Assembly: GCF_056746865.1 (NCBI RefSeq)
Contig: NZ_CM163382.1
Direction: 5' to 3' (one strand)
Length of the DNA: 64,000 bases
Below, piece after piece: positions 45,432 through 54,405 of the stretch; within the stretch, counting starts at the first letter, position 1, and every line of letters begins with the position of its first letter. The notes beneath the pieces were generated by a model. That model searched no databases, was not told where the DNA came from, and worked only from the letters and a program-made list of their open reading frames with translations. A program made the translations under genes and the position numbers.

Positions 45432-45808
45432 ATGATGAACGACCAGCAAATCGAAAAAGAAATCGTTGAGAAAGGTAAAACGGCACCTCGTGTAACTCCT
45501 GAGAAAATTGAAGGTCTCATTTGCAGTGAGCATTTTTTACTGCTGCGCAGGGGGATCATCAGGCTAAAGAAGATGACCTTATTTATAATCCAGAGCCTTA
45601 TGTCGAAGCCACCCCTGATGCTCTGCACCTTCTCACTTTCTGCGTCCTGGTGCTGCGCAACGACTTCACCGTCACCGGAGAGAGCGCCTGTGCAAGCCCG
45701 GAAAACTTTGATGCAGAAATTGGTCGGAAGATTGCCCGGCAGAATGCTGTAAACAAAATCTGGATGCTTGAAGGTTACTTGCTGAAGCAGAAGTTAAGCG
45801 GGCAATAA
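45432..45808 (+). pseudogene. conserved small phage protein gene interrupted by a frameshift at a T6 homopolymer
   Basis: N-terminal 35 codons in one frame (MMNDQQIEKEIVEKGKTAPRVTPEKIEGLICSEHF) continue after the T6 run at 45533-45538 in another frame (...TFCVLVLRNDFTVTGESACASPENFDAEIGRKIARQNAVNKIWMLEGYLLKQKLSGQ, stop at 45806-45808). Confidence 0.5.
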
Positions 45809-45898
45809 CACCGTGACATGTCACAAACAGCCAGCCTATGAGCTGGCTTTGTTTTATCCTCACCAGAGGATATCAACGACATTATCCCCACCAGCGGA

Positions 45899-47374
45899 TT
45901 AAGCATAGGGATCGTAATCTGTAATGGCCTTGCCTTGCTGGTTCTGCTGACCTGGAATTCGCAGACGCTTCGACACAGGGAAAGCAAACGTCAGCAATAG
46001 CGCATCGCCTTTACCCGGCGAACGCCCAAGACGCTCTTTGATATCTTCCTTCGGTTCGATAACGATTTTACCGTCCACGCGAACTTTGTACTCTGCCGCC
46101 GACAGGTCGTCCGCTGTTTCCTGGTCATCCAGCATGCCGCCCAGCCTCAGCCATGTCTTACATGAGTTGAACATCTCCCCACGCTTGTTAAGCATCTGCG
46201 GGTCAGTGGACGCACCGCCGAACGGAACAAGTTGCCATGTACGCCCCCAGCCATCACCGATTGACTTCAAACCGGTTCCGTAACCGAAGTCGATGAACAC
46301 TGCGTCAGCCTGGTACTGGTCTTCAAAGTCAGCGATACGCTTCGCCATAATCAGATCGTCAGTGGTCTTGTTGCCAGTCCACAGCACCTTACTGTGCAGC
46401 CCCTGCCGCAGGTATATCACAGCGTCATCAACGCCGGAGTATGCCGGGTCAACGCCGATTATCACCGGAGCATGTGCAACCTGCGCAGCGGTTACCACCC
46501 GTTTCATTGCCTCGTCAGTAAGACCGGTAGGGATAAACTGCAATTCAGATGCATCAGGGAATATGCCACGCACACGGATTTTAACGAAGTCGCTGTCTTC
46601 CCCGTAGTCATCAACCCATTTCTGCAACTGCTGTTTGTTAGTGCCTTCCACCGTCCGGCTGTCAATCTGCGCAGTTTTCCAGCGGTGTTTATATTTGCGG
46701 AAACATTCGCGAAAACGCCCGGTGTTACGTGTAGGGTTTCCGAACGCCACCCAAATAATCTCAGTGTCTTCGTCCGTAAGCGCACCCTCGGCAACTTCCC
46801 ACACCAGATCCGCAATGTTCGACGCTTCATCAAACACCACGATGATGCGTTTGCGCTCGTTGTGTAGTCCGGCGAATGCCTCAGTGTTGTGCTCAGACCA
46901 GGGTATTGCGTCAGCCCGCCACCGCTTGTCGTGCCCAGGGTCATTGCTGTACATCGCGGTAGCGGTACAGGTAAACCAGTCTTTCGTGATAGCAAGGTTC
47001 GACCACTTGATAATTTCCGGCCAGGTCTTCGTTCGTAGCTGGTTGTCGGTGTTGGCGGTCACCACGACCTTACAATCCTCGCAAGTGGACATGCCCCAGT
47101 TGATGAGCATTGAGATGAATGCGGATTTACCAATACCGTGACCAGAAGCACGTGCCAGCATAAGCGGCTGATAACGCGTCTCTGGATTCTGCAGGTGATC
47201 ACGTATCTCTCGGAACGCATCGGCCTGCCACTGACGTGGACCGGTAGCATGTGCCAGTTCAGTCCCCTCTTCCCCCCAAGGGAACGCATAGAGGGCATAG
47301 CCAAGCGGATCGTGAGTGAACCCTGCAATATCTTCGATTAACTGCTCTTCAGGAGATAACGCTGCATCTGTCAC
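45899..47374 (-). CDS. terminase large subunit
   Basis: 491 aa; Walker A-like motif (ASGHGIGKS), ATPase and nuclease acidic motifs; overlaps the small-subunit gene. Confidence 0.8.
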   Translation of the reverse strand: MTDAALSPEEQLIEDIAGFTHDPLGYALYAFPWGEEGTELAHATGPRQWQADAFREIRDHLQNPETRYQPLMLARASGHGIGKSAFISMLINWGMSTCEDCKVVVTANTDNQLRTKTWPEIIKWSNLAITKDWFTCTATAMYSNDPGHDKRWRADAIPWSEHNTEAFAGLHNERKRIIVVFDEASNIADLVWEVAEGALTDEDTEIIWVAFGNPTRNTGRFRECFRKYKHRWKTAQIDSRTVEGTNKQQLQKWVDDYGEDSDFVKIRVRGIFPDASELQFIPTGLTDEAMKRVVTAAQVAHAPVIIGVDPAYSGVDDAVIYLRQGLHSKVLWTGNKTTDDLIMAKRIADFEDQYQADAVFIDFGYGTGLKSIGDGWGRTWQLVPFGGASTDPQMLNKRGEMFNSCKTWLRLGGMLDDQETADDLSAAEYKVRVDGKIVIEPKEDIKERLGRSPGKGDALLLTFAFPVSKRLRIPGQQNQQGKAITDYDPYA

Positions 47375-47967
47375 TGATTACCATCCTGACGTTCTTTGAG
47401 TCGCTTCCTGGCTGCCGCTATGCGATCAGCAATTGTCACATTCACATTAACATCCAGTCGTTCTTTGAATGCGTTGACGTCGACGTGCTTACCAATCAGT
47501 TCGAGGTTCTTCACCTTGTCAGGCCATTTAATTTTTTTGAGGATTGTCTCTATCGAATCCTCGTTCATGTTCATGATGGTCGATGACAGATCAAAGCCGC
47601 TAAGCGTAGTGCGCCAGATTTTCGGCCACTCGCGGATTGGCTTAAGGCTCCCATCGTCGTTGAGGATATCAATCACGTCCATCTGGTCGATCTCCACCAG
47701 GCGCATGAGAACGTAATCAGCACTGACGCGCATTCGTTTGTTGCGCTCCTCCATCAACTCGGCAATCCGTTTCTGAATGCGTTCATCGCGCATCATGACA
47801 CTGGCTTTAACTGCCGCTGTATTTGGGGAGAATCCTGCATTAATCGCAGCCTGAGTCTGGTTTTCAGGCGTTTTGATGTATGACTGGCAATAAGCCTCCT
47901 GCATTGCTGTTAGTGGCTTAAATTGCGTTGATTTGCGTTTATAGGCTTTAGGTTCAGCAGGCATCAT
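47371..47967 (-). CDS. terminase small subunit
   Basis: About 198 aa from the ATG at 47967 (the ORF track extends to 48045 through a repeat-encoded TITTTVTITT segment); basic N-terminal DNA-binding region. Confidence 0.65.
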   Translation of the reverse strand: MMPAEPKAYKRKSTQFKPLTAMQEAYCQSYIKTPENQTQAAINAGFSPNTAAVKASVMMRDERIQKRIAELMEERNKRMRVSADYVLMRLVEIDQMDVIDILNDDGSLKPIREWPKIWRTTLSGFDLSSTIMNMNEDSIETILKKIKWPDKVKNLELIGKHVDVNAFKERLDVNVNVTIADRIAAARKRLKERQDGNQ

Positions 47968-48041
47968 AACCACCGTGGTAATAGTTACCGTTGTGGTAAT
48001 AGTAACATGCAAAATAAAGCCGCCATAGTTGGCGGCAGTAT

Positions 48042-48254
48042 TCAAAGTCCATCAAATTCATCGTAAAAACTCTCGTCAAGATACCCTTCCCATTTACCGC
48101 GAATGAAAATTACATCCTCGCCGCAAGGGTGCTGACTGTCGATAACTATATCCCTCCTGGCGCAACCATACTTATGCATGAGAAATTTAACCTCTTTCGG
48201 AAAATTTGCTGAGTTATCTCTCATATCTTCAAGGTCGTAGCGTATTTTTGGCAT
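48042..48254 (-). CDS. hypothetical small protein
   Basis: 70 aa from MPKIRYDLEDM, with AAGGTG 5 nt upstream. Confidence 0.45.
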   Translation of the reverse strand: MPKIRYDLEDMRDNSANFPKEVKFLMHKYGCARRDIVIDSQHPCGEDVIFIRGKWEGYLDESFYDEFDGL

Positions 48255-48271
48255 AACACCTTCGTGACATG

Positions 48272-48613
48272 TCACACTATTAATTTCGTTTCATGCCAGC
48301 CTTTAGTCACCCAGCATTGTGAGTCACCATTACACGGACATGAATTAACTGGAACTCTCTCGCCGCACTTACCGCAACGTTTTCTACTGATCGATTTTAT
48401 ACGCCCGCGCACGCGTGCATCATCCTGGCGGATCAGTAACGCTATATACTCACCAAATTCGTAAGGCGCACGCCCGGGGCGACGCGCGGCACAGTTACGC
48501 TCAAGCATTTCAATTTCCTGAGCATCAAGCACAATCTCCAGCTTACGTACACCGGATGCAGCTTGTCTGGCTCTCTGAGCGGCTTTGCGCTCTGCTGCTG
48601 ATTTAGCCATCAA
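48272..48613 (-). CDS. hypothetical protein with C-terminal Cys-rich zinc-ribbon-like motif
   Basis: 113 aa; basic N-terminus and CGKCGERVPVNSCPCNGDSQC. Confidence 0.45.
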   Translation of the reverse strand: MMAKSAAERKAAQRARQAASGVRKLEIVLDAQEIEMLERNCAARRPGRAPYEFGEYIALLIRQDDARVRGRIKSISRKRCGKCGERVPVNSCPCNGDSQCWVTKGWHETKLIV

Positions 48614-48884
48614 TATTCACCTTTATCGCGTAAACCTTTACCGGTTTATCTCCGAAGTGCGGATGTGTGATTGTCTTGATTTCATATCCGTCATACGGGA
48701 CGTCAATTCTACGACTGGAGTCGTCGCGCTTCGGATATCCCTTTGTGATAATCAGTCGGTCATAATCCCTGAACATAATTCGCTTATTCCAGTAGTCATT
48801 ACACAGGCGATACTCTTCCGTTTTCTCTCCGCGAATCATGGCATCGAAGTATTCACCTTTGACGGCAAGTTGCAGGTTAGCCAC
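48603..48884 (-). CDS. ASCH/PUA-like small protein
   Basis: 93 aa; LAVKGEYFDAMIRGEKTEEYRL matches the N-terminal signature of ASCH-domain proteins. Confidence 0.5.
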   Translation of the reverse strand: MANLQLAVKGEYFDAMIRGEKTEEYRLCNDYWNKRIMFRDYDRLIITKGYPKRDDSSRRIDVPYDGYEIKTITHPHFGDKPVKVYAIKVNIDG

Positions 48885-49767
48885 GGTTAACCTCCTTCGG
48901 CGGTTCTGGTAGAGGCATCCAGTACAAGGCGTTCCCTAACCACGATAAAGTGCCGTCGCTCAACTCCACGTATTCCCCTTGTACCTGTCCTGCCATATAC
49001 TCGCCGTGCTTTGAATAAATTAAAATCCAATCATCTTGAGCGGGCATTCGCTCACTACAGCTTATCCAACTATCCGGAGTTACCGGATAGTTGCCAGCCA
49101 GTCTACGCAAAACAGCCTTAACAGCCTCAATACGGTCATCATCGCAATTTTCCAGCGTATCTATGCGGTCGAGCATGATGATGGCGTTATCAATATCAGG
49201 ATTGCCAGTCCACTCATTATCGCGATTGGATTCGGCAGCCTGGTTGCCAGATGCTGGCTGATTGTCGGCTTGGCTATAGCTAACAGCACGGCAGGCATCC
49301 TCTACGCCTTTAACTGCATCTGCACAGTAGTTATAGCGATTGCATTCCACTAACTTCTGCTTGAGATTTTCAATTGCTTGCGCGACATCAGCCTGTATTG
49401 GCGGAACGGCTGTTTGCTCTCGAACGTCATTAGTCGCTATCGGTTCTGCTGCCAACTGACTGGCATATTTGTTAATGGTAACGATAAGCTCTTGCTCGGC
49501 CTCATCCAGACAATCACCGATACCTCGCCTGTCACCGTCAAAATCATCGAAATCGGCACGAATCCTGGCAACCTCCCGGATTGCGGACAACACTTCACCA
49601 GGAATAAGCGGAGAGTTGCCCGATAGTACATTCTGCTCCAGCGATGCCAGAGCAATTCGTGCCAGTTCTTCCGCTTCTTCTGCTGGCAGTACAACGTTGC
49701 TACCAGGTCCGTATGTTTCGCGCCACTGCTTGATTGTCAGTAGTCGCTCTTTGGTAATAGTGATCAT
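48877..49767 (-). CDS. hypothetical phage protein with DUF551-like C-terminus
   Basis: 296 aa; C-terminal W..SERMP...YWMPLPEPP pattern. Confidence 0.45.
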   Translation of the reverse strand: MITITKERLLTIKQWRETYGPGSNVVLPAEEAEELARIALASLEQNVLSGNSPLIPGEVLSAIREVARIRADFDDFDGDRRGIGDCLDEAEQELIVTINKYASQLAAEPIATNDVREQTAVPPIQADVAQAIENLKQKLVECNRYNYCADAVKGVEDACRAVSYSQADNQPASGNQAAESNRDNEWTGNPDIDNAIIMLDRIDTLENCDDDRIEAVKAVLRRLAGNYPVTPDSWISCSERMPAQDDWILIYSKHGEYMAGQVQGEYVELSDGTLSWLGNALYWMPLPEPPKEVNRG

Positions 49768-50279
49768 GCCGCGTTTCCTTCTTTCTTATTAACAATTACA
49801 CCGTCATATATTTCATTAAGGTGCCCTCTTAACTCCATGCGCCTTAATGCAGATAACATGTAATCGCATTCAACCTGCTTATTTCCAGTAAATGGCTTAT
49901 CGTCAGGATTACCCCAACAGCAATTACCCTTGGGCCACCCATGTACTTTCCGTACTCTTCCGTTAACAACGTGAAGTAATCCCCAGCCAGGTGGTAAATC
50001 CTCAATTGAAATAATTCCCGGCTCACTAATAAAGAATCGCCAGTCGCCCATTCCAAGAGACGGATTTTTACGAAAACGCTTTTTTCTATCTGCCAACAAG
50101 TCAGCACGAGAACATTTCGCCTCTATCAGGCATGATGCTGAATTTCTGAATCCCATAGCATCTGGCTGTTCTCCGGTACTGGTTACAGCTATAAAGCGGT
50201 CATGAAAACAAACCTTGAACCCGTTGCGCTTAAGGAACTTGTACGCAATCTGACAGAGTTCGCGGTGTGTTAACGCCAT
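49764..50279 (-). CDS. PD-(D/E)xK nuclease-like protein
   Basis: 171 aa from MALTHRELCQ (AAGGAGAG Shine-Dalgarno); PD...EAK motif (EQPDAMGF ... LIEAKCS). Confidence 0.5.
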   Translation of the reverse strand: MALTHRELCQIAYKFLKRNGFKVCFHDRFIAVTSTGEQPDAMGFRNSASCLIEAKCSRADLLADRKKRFRKNPSLGMGDWRFFISEPGIISIEDLPPGWGLLHVVNGRVRKVHGWPKGNCCWGNPDDKPFTGNKQVECDYMLSALRRMELRGHLNEIYDGVIVNKKEGNAA

Positions 50280-50280
50280 A

Positions 50281-50469
50281 TCACTCTCCTTTAGTGCGCA
50301 AGTGGTTTTTCCAGCGGTTTTGCGCCGCGCTGGGCTTTTTGCAAAAACCACAATCCATCATCCCGTAATGTTTCATTAACCCCATCCGTCGGTTGCTGAG
50401 TCTCACCCACTGCCAGACGCCAGGAGCGTTTCTACGAACTAACAGAATCTTTGCTTTACGGTTTTTCAT
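50281..50469 (-). CDS. small basic protein, translationally coupled to the downstream gene
   Basis: 62 aa; AGGAGAG Shine-Dalgarno; stop overlaps the next start. Confidence 0.3.
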   Translation of the reverse strand: MKNRKAKILLVRRNAPGVWQWVRLSNRRMGLMKHYGMMDCGFCKKPSAAQNRWKNHLRTKGE

Positions 50470-50641
50470 CGCTTTGCTCTCCTGCGTCTCTTTGCTGCTC
50501 GTCGTGCCGCTGCAATACCGGTATGGCGGCGCTTTGGTGCCGGGATGATGTTGTCAGCCATCAGGACATACGGCTTTGCAATTAGCGCAGAAGCCCAAAA
50601 ACGAGTCGGGTACGGTAACAAGCCAATACATGCCACACGCA

Positions 50642-51130
50642 CTACTCACCTCCGTTGATGCGAATGCCTGTTGCAATGCTGTTTATGATGCTGTCAGTGC
50701 ATGGGGTAGAAAGCTGGGCATCTCCAGCAATTTTCATGACATCAACATCTGCATATCGAATACCGAGGTGTATCAGACCGGCTATACCTGACTTAAGCCG
50801 AGCATTTTCCATAAACAGATCCTTTGCCCGCTGTTTTTCTGCCTCAAGCTCAACGCGCAACTTCCCTACCGTTAGCGCAATATCCTCGTTCTCCTGGTCG
50901 CGTGATTTGATGTATTGCTGGTTCCTTTCCCGTTCATCCAGTAGTGCCAGCACGGTTTCTGGTCCGGCCAGAAATTTGAAGGCGTTGAGCGCATCAATAT
51001 CCACACCGTAATCTTTAAGTTCCTGTTCACTTAACAAATCATCATCAGCTGGCAACATTAACAGGCGTTCCATTGCTGGAATTGCACGTTCCGCCGCCTC
51101 ACGCAGTGCCTGGTAATTAATTTCGCTCAC
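50642..51130 (-). CDS. Ead/Ea22-like phage protein
   Basis: 162 aa; N-terminus MSEINYQALREAAE typical of the Ead/Ea22 family of lambdoid early regions. Confidence 0.55.
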   Translation of the reverse strand: MSEINYQALREAAERAIPAMERLLMLPADDDLLSEQELKDYGVDIDALNAFKFLAGPETVLALLDERERNQQYIKSRDQENEDIALTVGKLRVELEAEKQRAKDLFMENARLKSGIAGLIHLGIRYADVDVMKIAGDAQLSTPCTDSIINSIATGIRINGGE

Positions 51131-51645
51131 TGGTTGCCTCCTTTGCGAAGCTGGGCAGCAAAGTCAACTAACCACTCAGTCATTTCAACCTTCCCTACCA
51201 GGTCTGAACCAGGGTGCATACAGCAATCACTCTGCGCCGCTTTGAAATCCTTATACTCATATTCTTGGGCCACCAGATTTTTTGCAGCTTCTATAGCAGC
51301 ATCCACCCCCTGCGCCCGGACTTCAGCCAAGAAAGCGTCGGTGGCTGACATATTTCCTGTTGCCTTCATGGCCTTCAAAATAACCAGAACGCCATCTCGC
51401 CCAACCACCTCAGCGATAACCTCGGTGTTGTCGCCAACAACATCGCAGAATGCCTGAACTGCCTTACGAGCCAGCTCATTCTCCACAGCCAGCGCATTAG
51501 CACGCACCAGTTGCACTTCCAGTTGCGTTGCCAAATCGCTGAGCAGCTTTGCCACACTGCGCATATCAACGGCACCACATTCTGCTTTCAGTTCCGAAGC
51601 CATCTCATGCCCGTCGGCAACTAACCCTTTGATATTACTTTCCAT
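51127..51645 (-). CDS. hypothetical early protein
   Basis: 172 aa, overlapping the downstream start. Confidence 0.4.
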   Translation of the reverse strand: MESNIKGLVADGHEMASELKAECGAVDMRSVAKLLSDLATQLEVQLVRANALAVENELARKAVQAFCDVVGDNTEVIAEVVGRDGVLVILKAMKATGNMSATDAFLAEVRAQGVDAAIEAAKNLVAQEYEYKDFKAAQSDCCMHPGSDLVGKVEMTEWLVDFAAQLRKGGNQ

Positions 51646-51706
51646 CTTTACCCTCGCTTATCCACATAACTTATTGATTACATTGATAACTAAAAAGATC
51701 GTCGAT

Positions 51707-52054
51707 TCAGAACTCTTCGATGTTCCAGCCACCACCTGCTTTCTTTGGTTTAACCGTTACCCCGATGATTCGGAACGGATACTGATCTGCGGCGACTTTG
51801 GTTTTCACCCTGGCGTCGTCGGTCCAGAATCCCCCTTTCACTTCGTGCAGCTCCATCTCGCCGGTGGCGAGCATCACAGCAAAATCGGGCGTATAGAACG
51901 TGTTGTCAGCTAACCGCAGCTTGATACCCTCAAATCGATACCAGACGATTTCTCCTGCACGTTTACGCATCTCAAGGTGCTGGCAATACGCAGATTCTGT
52001 TTTGTTCATCTGGCCTGTTTTGAGTCGACCAAGAGCCTGTATCTGTTTTCTCAT
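51707..52054 (-). CDS. small PD-(D/E)xK-like protein (DUF1064-like)
   Basis: 115 aa; D...ELHEVKG motif. Confidence 0.45.
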   Translation of the reverse strand: MRKQIQALGRLKTGQMNKTESAYCQHLEMRKRAGEIVWYRFEGIKLRLADNTFYTPDFAVMLATGEMELHEVKGGFWTDDARVKTKVAADQYPFRIIGVTVKPKKAGGGWNIEEF

Positions 52055-52057
52055 GAT

Positions 52058-52072
52058 TTACCTCTGAGGTAA
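52058..52072. promoter_or_regulatory. operator-like inverted repeat TTACC-TCTGA-GGTAA
   Basis: Intergenic, between the P-like gene and the downstream early genes. Confidence 0.45.
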
Positions 52073-52119
52073 TTAAAAACCACATAAGACACGAAATCAA
52101 TAGAGTTTAGAATATTTTG

Positions 52120-52134
52120 TTACCCAACAGGTAA
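52120..52134. promoter_or_regulatory. operator-like inverted repeat TTACC-CAACA-GGTAA
   Basis: Second site in the same intergenic region. Confidence 0.45.
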
Positions 52135-52171
52135 CTATCAAGACATAAAAAAATGCGCTATCGCGCTGGTA

Positions 52172-52948
52172 TTACTTGATAAATCCTGCCGCCTTTCCCC
52201 GCCTGTATTCCTCCATCAGCCACTGCGCCGGTGTTATTCCCCCCAGGGTGGCGGCGTTAGGCATGCACCCGAAACTTCGCCCTGGTGGGTGGTAAACGTC
52301 TCTCCCTGTGTCCGGAGGCGTACTCATGGGTTCTGGCTTTGCCTGTATGCTGATCACCGGATCGGGTATCTGCTGTCCGGAAGCCACCTTTTTCGCCCAA
52401 TCATCGAGCAGCCTGCGCGCGTGTTTCTCAACCTCAATCTCGCTAAGCTGGCGCTGATACATTGCACGGCGGGTATCACATACGACCCAGTACATAACCG
52501 GATGCCGCCACGGGAATCTTTCGGGACCACCAGGATATAAACTTTTTTCCTTGCTGTACCGGTGAAACTCCGCCATCACATCGTCAATGGTGACGCCAAG
52601 AACCATCTTGCTGTCTTTACACCACTTGATGAATTGCCCTGGCGACGGCCAGAACGGAGACTCACTGGCGCGGGCGTGGCGCATACCAGCGTTAACCTGT
52701 TCCATTGTAGTGATCCCATTCTCCAGAAACGCAAGCATCCATTGCTTACGGAATTCATTAAGTTTGTTCTGCTCCCTTATGGTCGAAACGCTTGCAGGAA
52801 ATGCAGCCTGTAACTGGACAAATAGTTCATTGAAAATTCTAGCGACCTGCTCCTTTTTGCCATTGCTGTCACGCCGCTCTTCATGCACAGCAACACCATA
52901 CTCACGTAAGCGATCGTACTCATTGAGAAGTTCTGGAGTTGATTTCAT
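52172..52948 (-). CDS. replication protein P-like (DnaB helicase loader)
   Basis: 258 aa; block QLQAAFPAS...FRKQWMLAFLENGITTMEQVNAGMRHA...PSPGQFIKWC closely resembles lambda P as recalled. Confidence 0.7.
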   Translation of the reverse strand: MKSTPELLNEYDRLREYGVAVHEERRDSNGKKEQVARIFNELFVQLQAAFPASVSTIREQNKLNEFRKQWMLAFLENGITTMEQVNAGMRHARASESPFWPSPGQFIKWCKDSKMVLGVTIDDVMAEFHRYSKEKSLYPGGPERFPWRHPVMYWVVCDTRRAMYQRQLSEIEVEKHARRLLDDWAKKVASGQQIPDPVISIQAKPEPMSTPPDTGRDVYHPPGRSFGCMPNAATLGGITPAQWLMEEYRRGKAAGFIK

Positions 52949-53750
52949 CCCACACCCCTTCTATCCAGTCAGTGTTATTCCAGTCAAGCTCATCGCTTTT
53001 CCCGACGTTTTTTGATTTTCCCCTGATATGATTTACGTGCCTGGCGAATTTTTGTTCCCACTGAACCTGCGTGAACACTTTGCCCTCAGCCATCCAGTAA
53101 TCCCGGAATGCAGCAAGTTCAGCAGGTGTAAATTCCGGTTCCGGCAGGGCCGTTCCCCACAGCGCAGCACGCCGTCGAAAATCCGGCGACGGATGCCAGC
53201 CATCGGTCATCGGAAATTTCCCAATAGGTTCACTCAGGCCATCCAGAAATGCAGGTTCTGCCACCTGCAACGGCGTACCGTTCGCTTCACTGGTCGGAGC
53301 ACCCTCGCGCACGTGCGCTATGTGTGGGGTTTTATATATATCTTCCTCTTCCTCTTCCTCTGGTAACTCCTTTTGTAACGCTGTTGGCGTTACTTTTTGC
53401 GTTACTCGTTTTCGATGCTCTGCCACTCTTCTATTCGTAAGTGCACGTTTTTTCGATGATTCTCCATTATGTCGCTCAAAGTTTGGAAGAATTAGTTTGC
53501 CGTCATGATAAGCAAGCCATCCGACGCTAATGAGGGCGTCAGCAAATCCTGTAATAAAAGCGAGTCTATCAAGTACTCCTTTTGTAACGCTGCCAGCGTT
53601 ACCGTCTATTGTTTGCTGGTCAGCCCATGCCCATATACGAACCAGCTTTCCAAGAACAGCATCTGGATCAATACCCAGAATTTCTGCTATCTGAAAAATT
53701 TCAGGTTTATCAGGAGTGATAACTTCAACCTTAATCCAGCTGCTTGCCAT
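52920..53750 (-). CDS. replisome organizer / replication initiator (O-like)
   Basis: About 276 aa from MASSWIKVE; acidic EEEEEED linker; sits upstream of the P-like gene. Confidence 0.55.
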   Translation of the reverse strand: MASSWIKVEVITPDKPEIFQIAEILGIDPDAVLGKLVRIWAWADQQTIDGNAGSVTKGVLDRLAFITGFADALISVGWLAYHDGKLILPNFERHNGESSKKRALTNRRVAEHRKRVTQKVTPTALQKELPEEEEEEDIYKTPHIAHVREGAPTSEANGTPLQVAEPAFLDGLSEPIGKFPMTDGWHPSPDFRRRAALWGTALPEPEFTPAELAAFRDYWMAEGKVFTQVQWEQKFARHVNHIRGKSKNVGKSDELDWNNTDWIEGVWDEINSRTSQ

Positions 53751-53943
53751 AGGTTTCCCCTCTTGCACTCTTTAGTGCACAAGCAAATTCATTACGATGG
53801 CGGTTGGCGCTATTCATTGCACATTCAACACATGTTCCGTTCAGAACATACCTTTCAGAGAGATGGCCGTGACGGCACCGCTTTCCTGTGAAATAGCGAT
53901 TTAACCCGGCTTTTGCGGCCTCCATTCTGGTTACTATCTTCAA
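53731..53943 (-). CDS. small zinc-ribbon-like protein
   Basis: 70 aa with CRHGH...CVEC. Confidence 0.4.
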   Translation of the reverse strand: MKIVTRMEAAKAGLNRYFTGKRCRHGHLSERYVLNGTCVECAMNSANRHRNEFACALKSARGETYGKQLD

Positions 53944-54021
53944 TTTTTCCGCCCCTTTTTGTTATTGATATTGGCTATTTTGCACAATTGGAAAATTTGA
54001 TCAACCAGATTTGGTTTTTTA

Positions 54022-54036
54022 TTACCTTTGAGGTAC
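54022..54036. promoter_or_regulatory. operator-like repeat TTACC-TTTGA-GGTAC (one mismatch)
   Basis: Downstream of the cro-like gene. Confidence 0.35.
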
Positions 54037-54091
54037 GAATAGATATGAAAAGACCGCCGGGTGGCGGTCTACAGAGGGTTGTAGCTGGATA

Positions 54092-54322
54092 TCATGAGTA
54101 GAAGAAGTATGCCAGTTCTGCTTTTGAGCGCAGCCATTGTCTTGTTTTACAGGCTTTAAAAAGCCCATTCATCAATACCTTACCTGGCATTTTGCGCTTG
54201 CCTGTTAAGTGAGTCTGGATATAGTGACTCGTCGTTCCGGCTTCCTGTGCGAAGGCTTCACGCTCATCCGGAGTAAGTGCAAGCCAGTGCTTTTTGAAAT
54301 CGAAATGTCCGTTATCGCTCAT
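54092..54322 (-). CDS. Cro-like HTH regulator
   Basis: 76 aa, divergent from the cI-like gene, with operator-like repeats in the shared intergenic region. Confidence 0.55.
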   Translation of the reverse strand: MSDNGHFDFKKHWLALTPDEREAFAQEAGTTSHYIQTHLTGKRKMPGKVLMNGLFKACKTRQWLRSKAELAYFFYS

Positions 54323-54357
54323 AGCTATTGCCTGATATTTATTTCAGATAATAAATA

Positions 54358-54372
54358 TTCACCCATAAGGTA
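54358..54372. promoter_or_regulatory. operator-like repeat TCACC-CATAA-GGTAA in the cI/cro intergenic region
   Basis: One of three adjacent sites between the divergent regulators. Confidence 0.5.
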
Positions 54373-54388
54373 ACAAAAATCAAGGATG

Positions 54389-54403
54389 GTTACCTATGAG
54401 GTG
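54389..54403. promoter_or_regulatory. operator-like repeat TTACC-TATGA-GGTGC in the cI/cro intergenic region
   Basis: Abuts the next site. Confidence 0.45.
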
Positions 54404-54405
54404 CA

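Noticed and set aside
45166-45486. Minus-strand 106-aa ORF overlapping the tRNA-Arg gene
   Set aside because: It runs antisense through a canonical tRNA and two terminators.
48264-48464. Plus-strand 66-aa ORF starting at the GTGACATGTCAC palindrome
   Set aside because: The start is a GTG created by the palindrome, and the ORF is antisense to a better-supported minus-strand gene.
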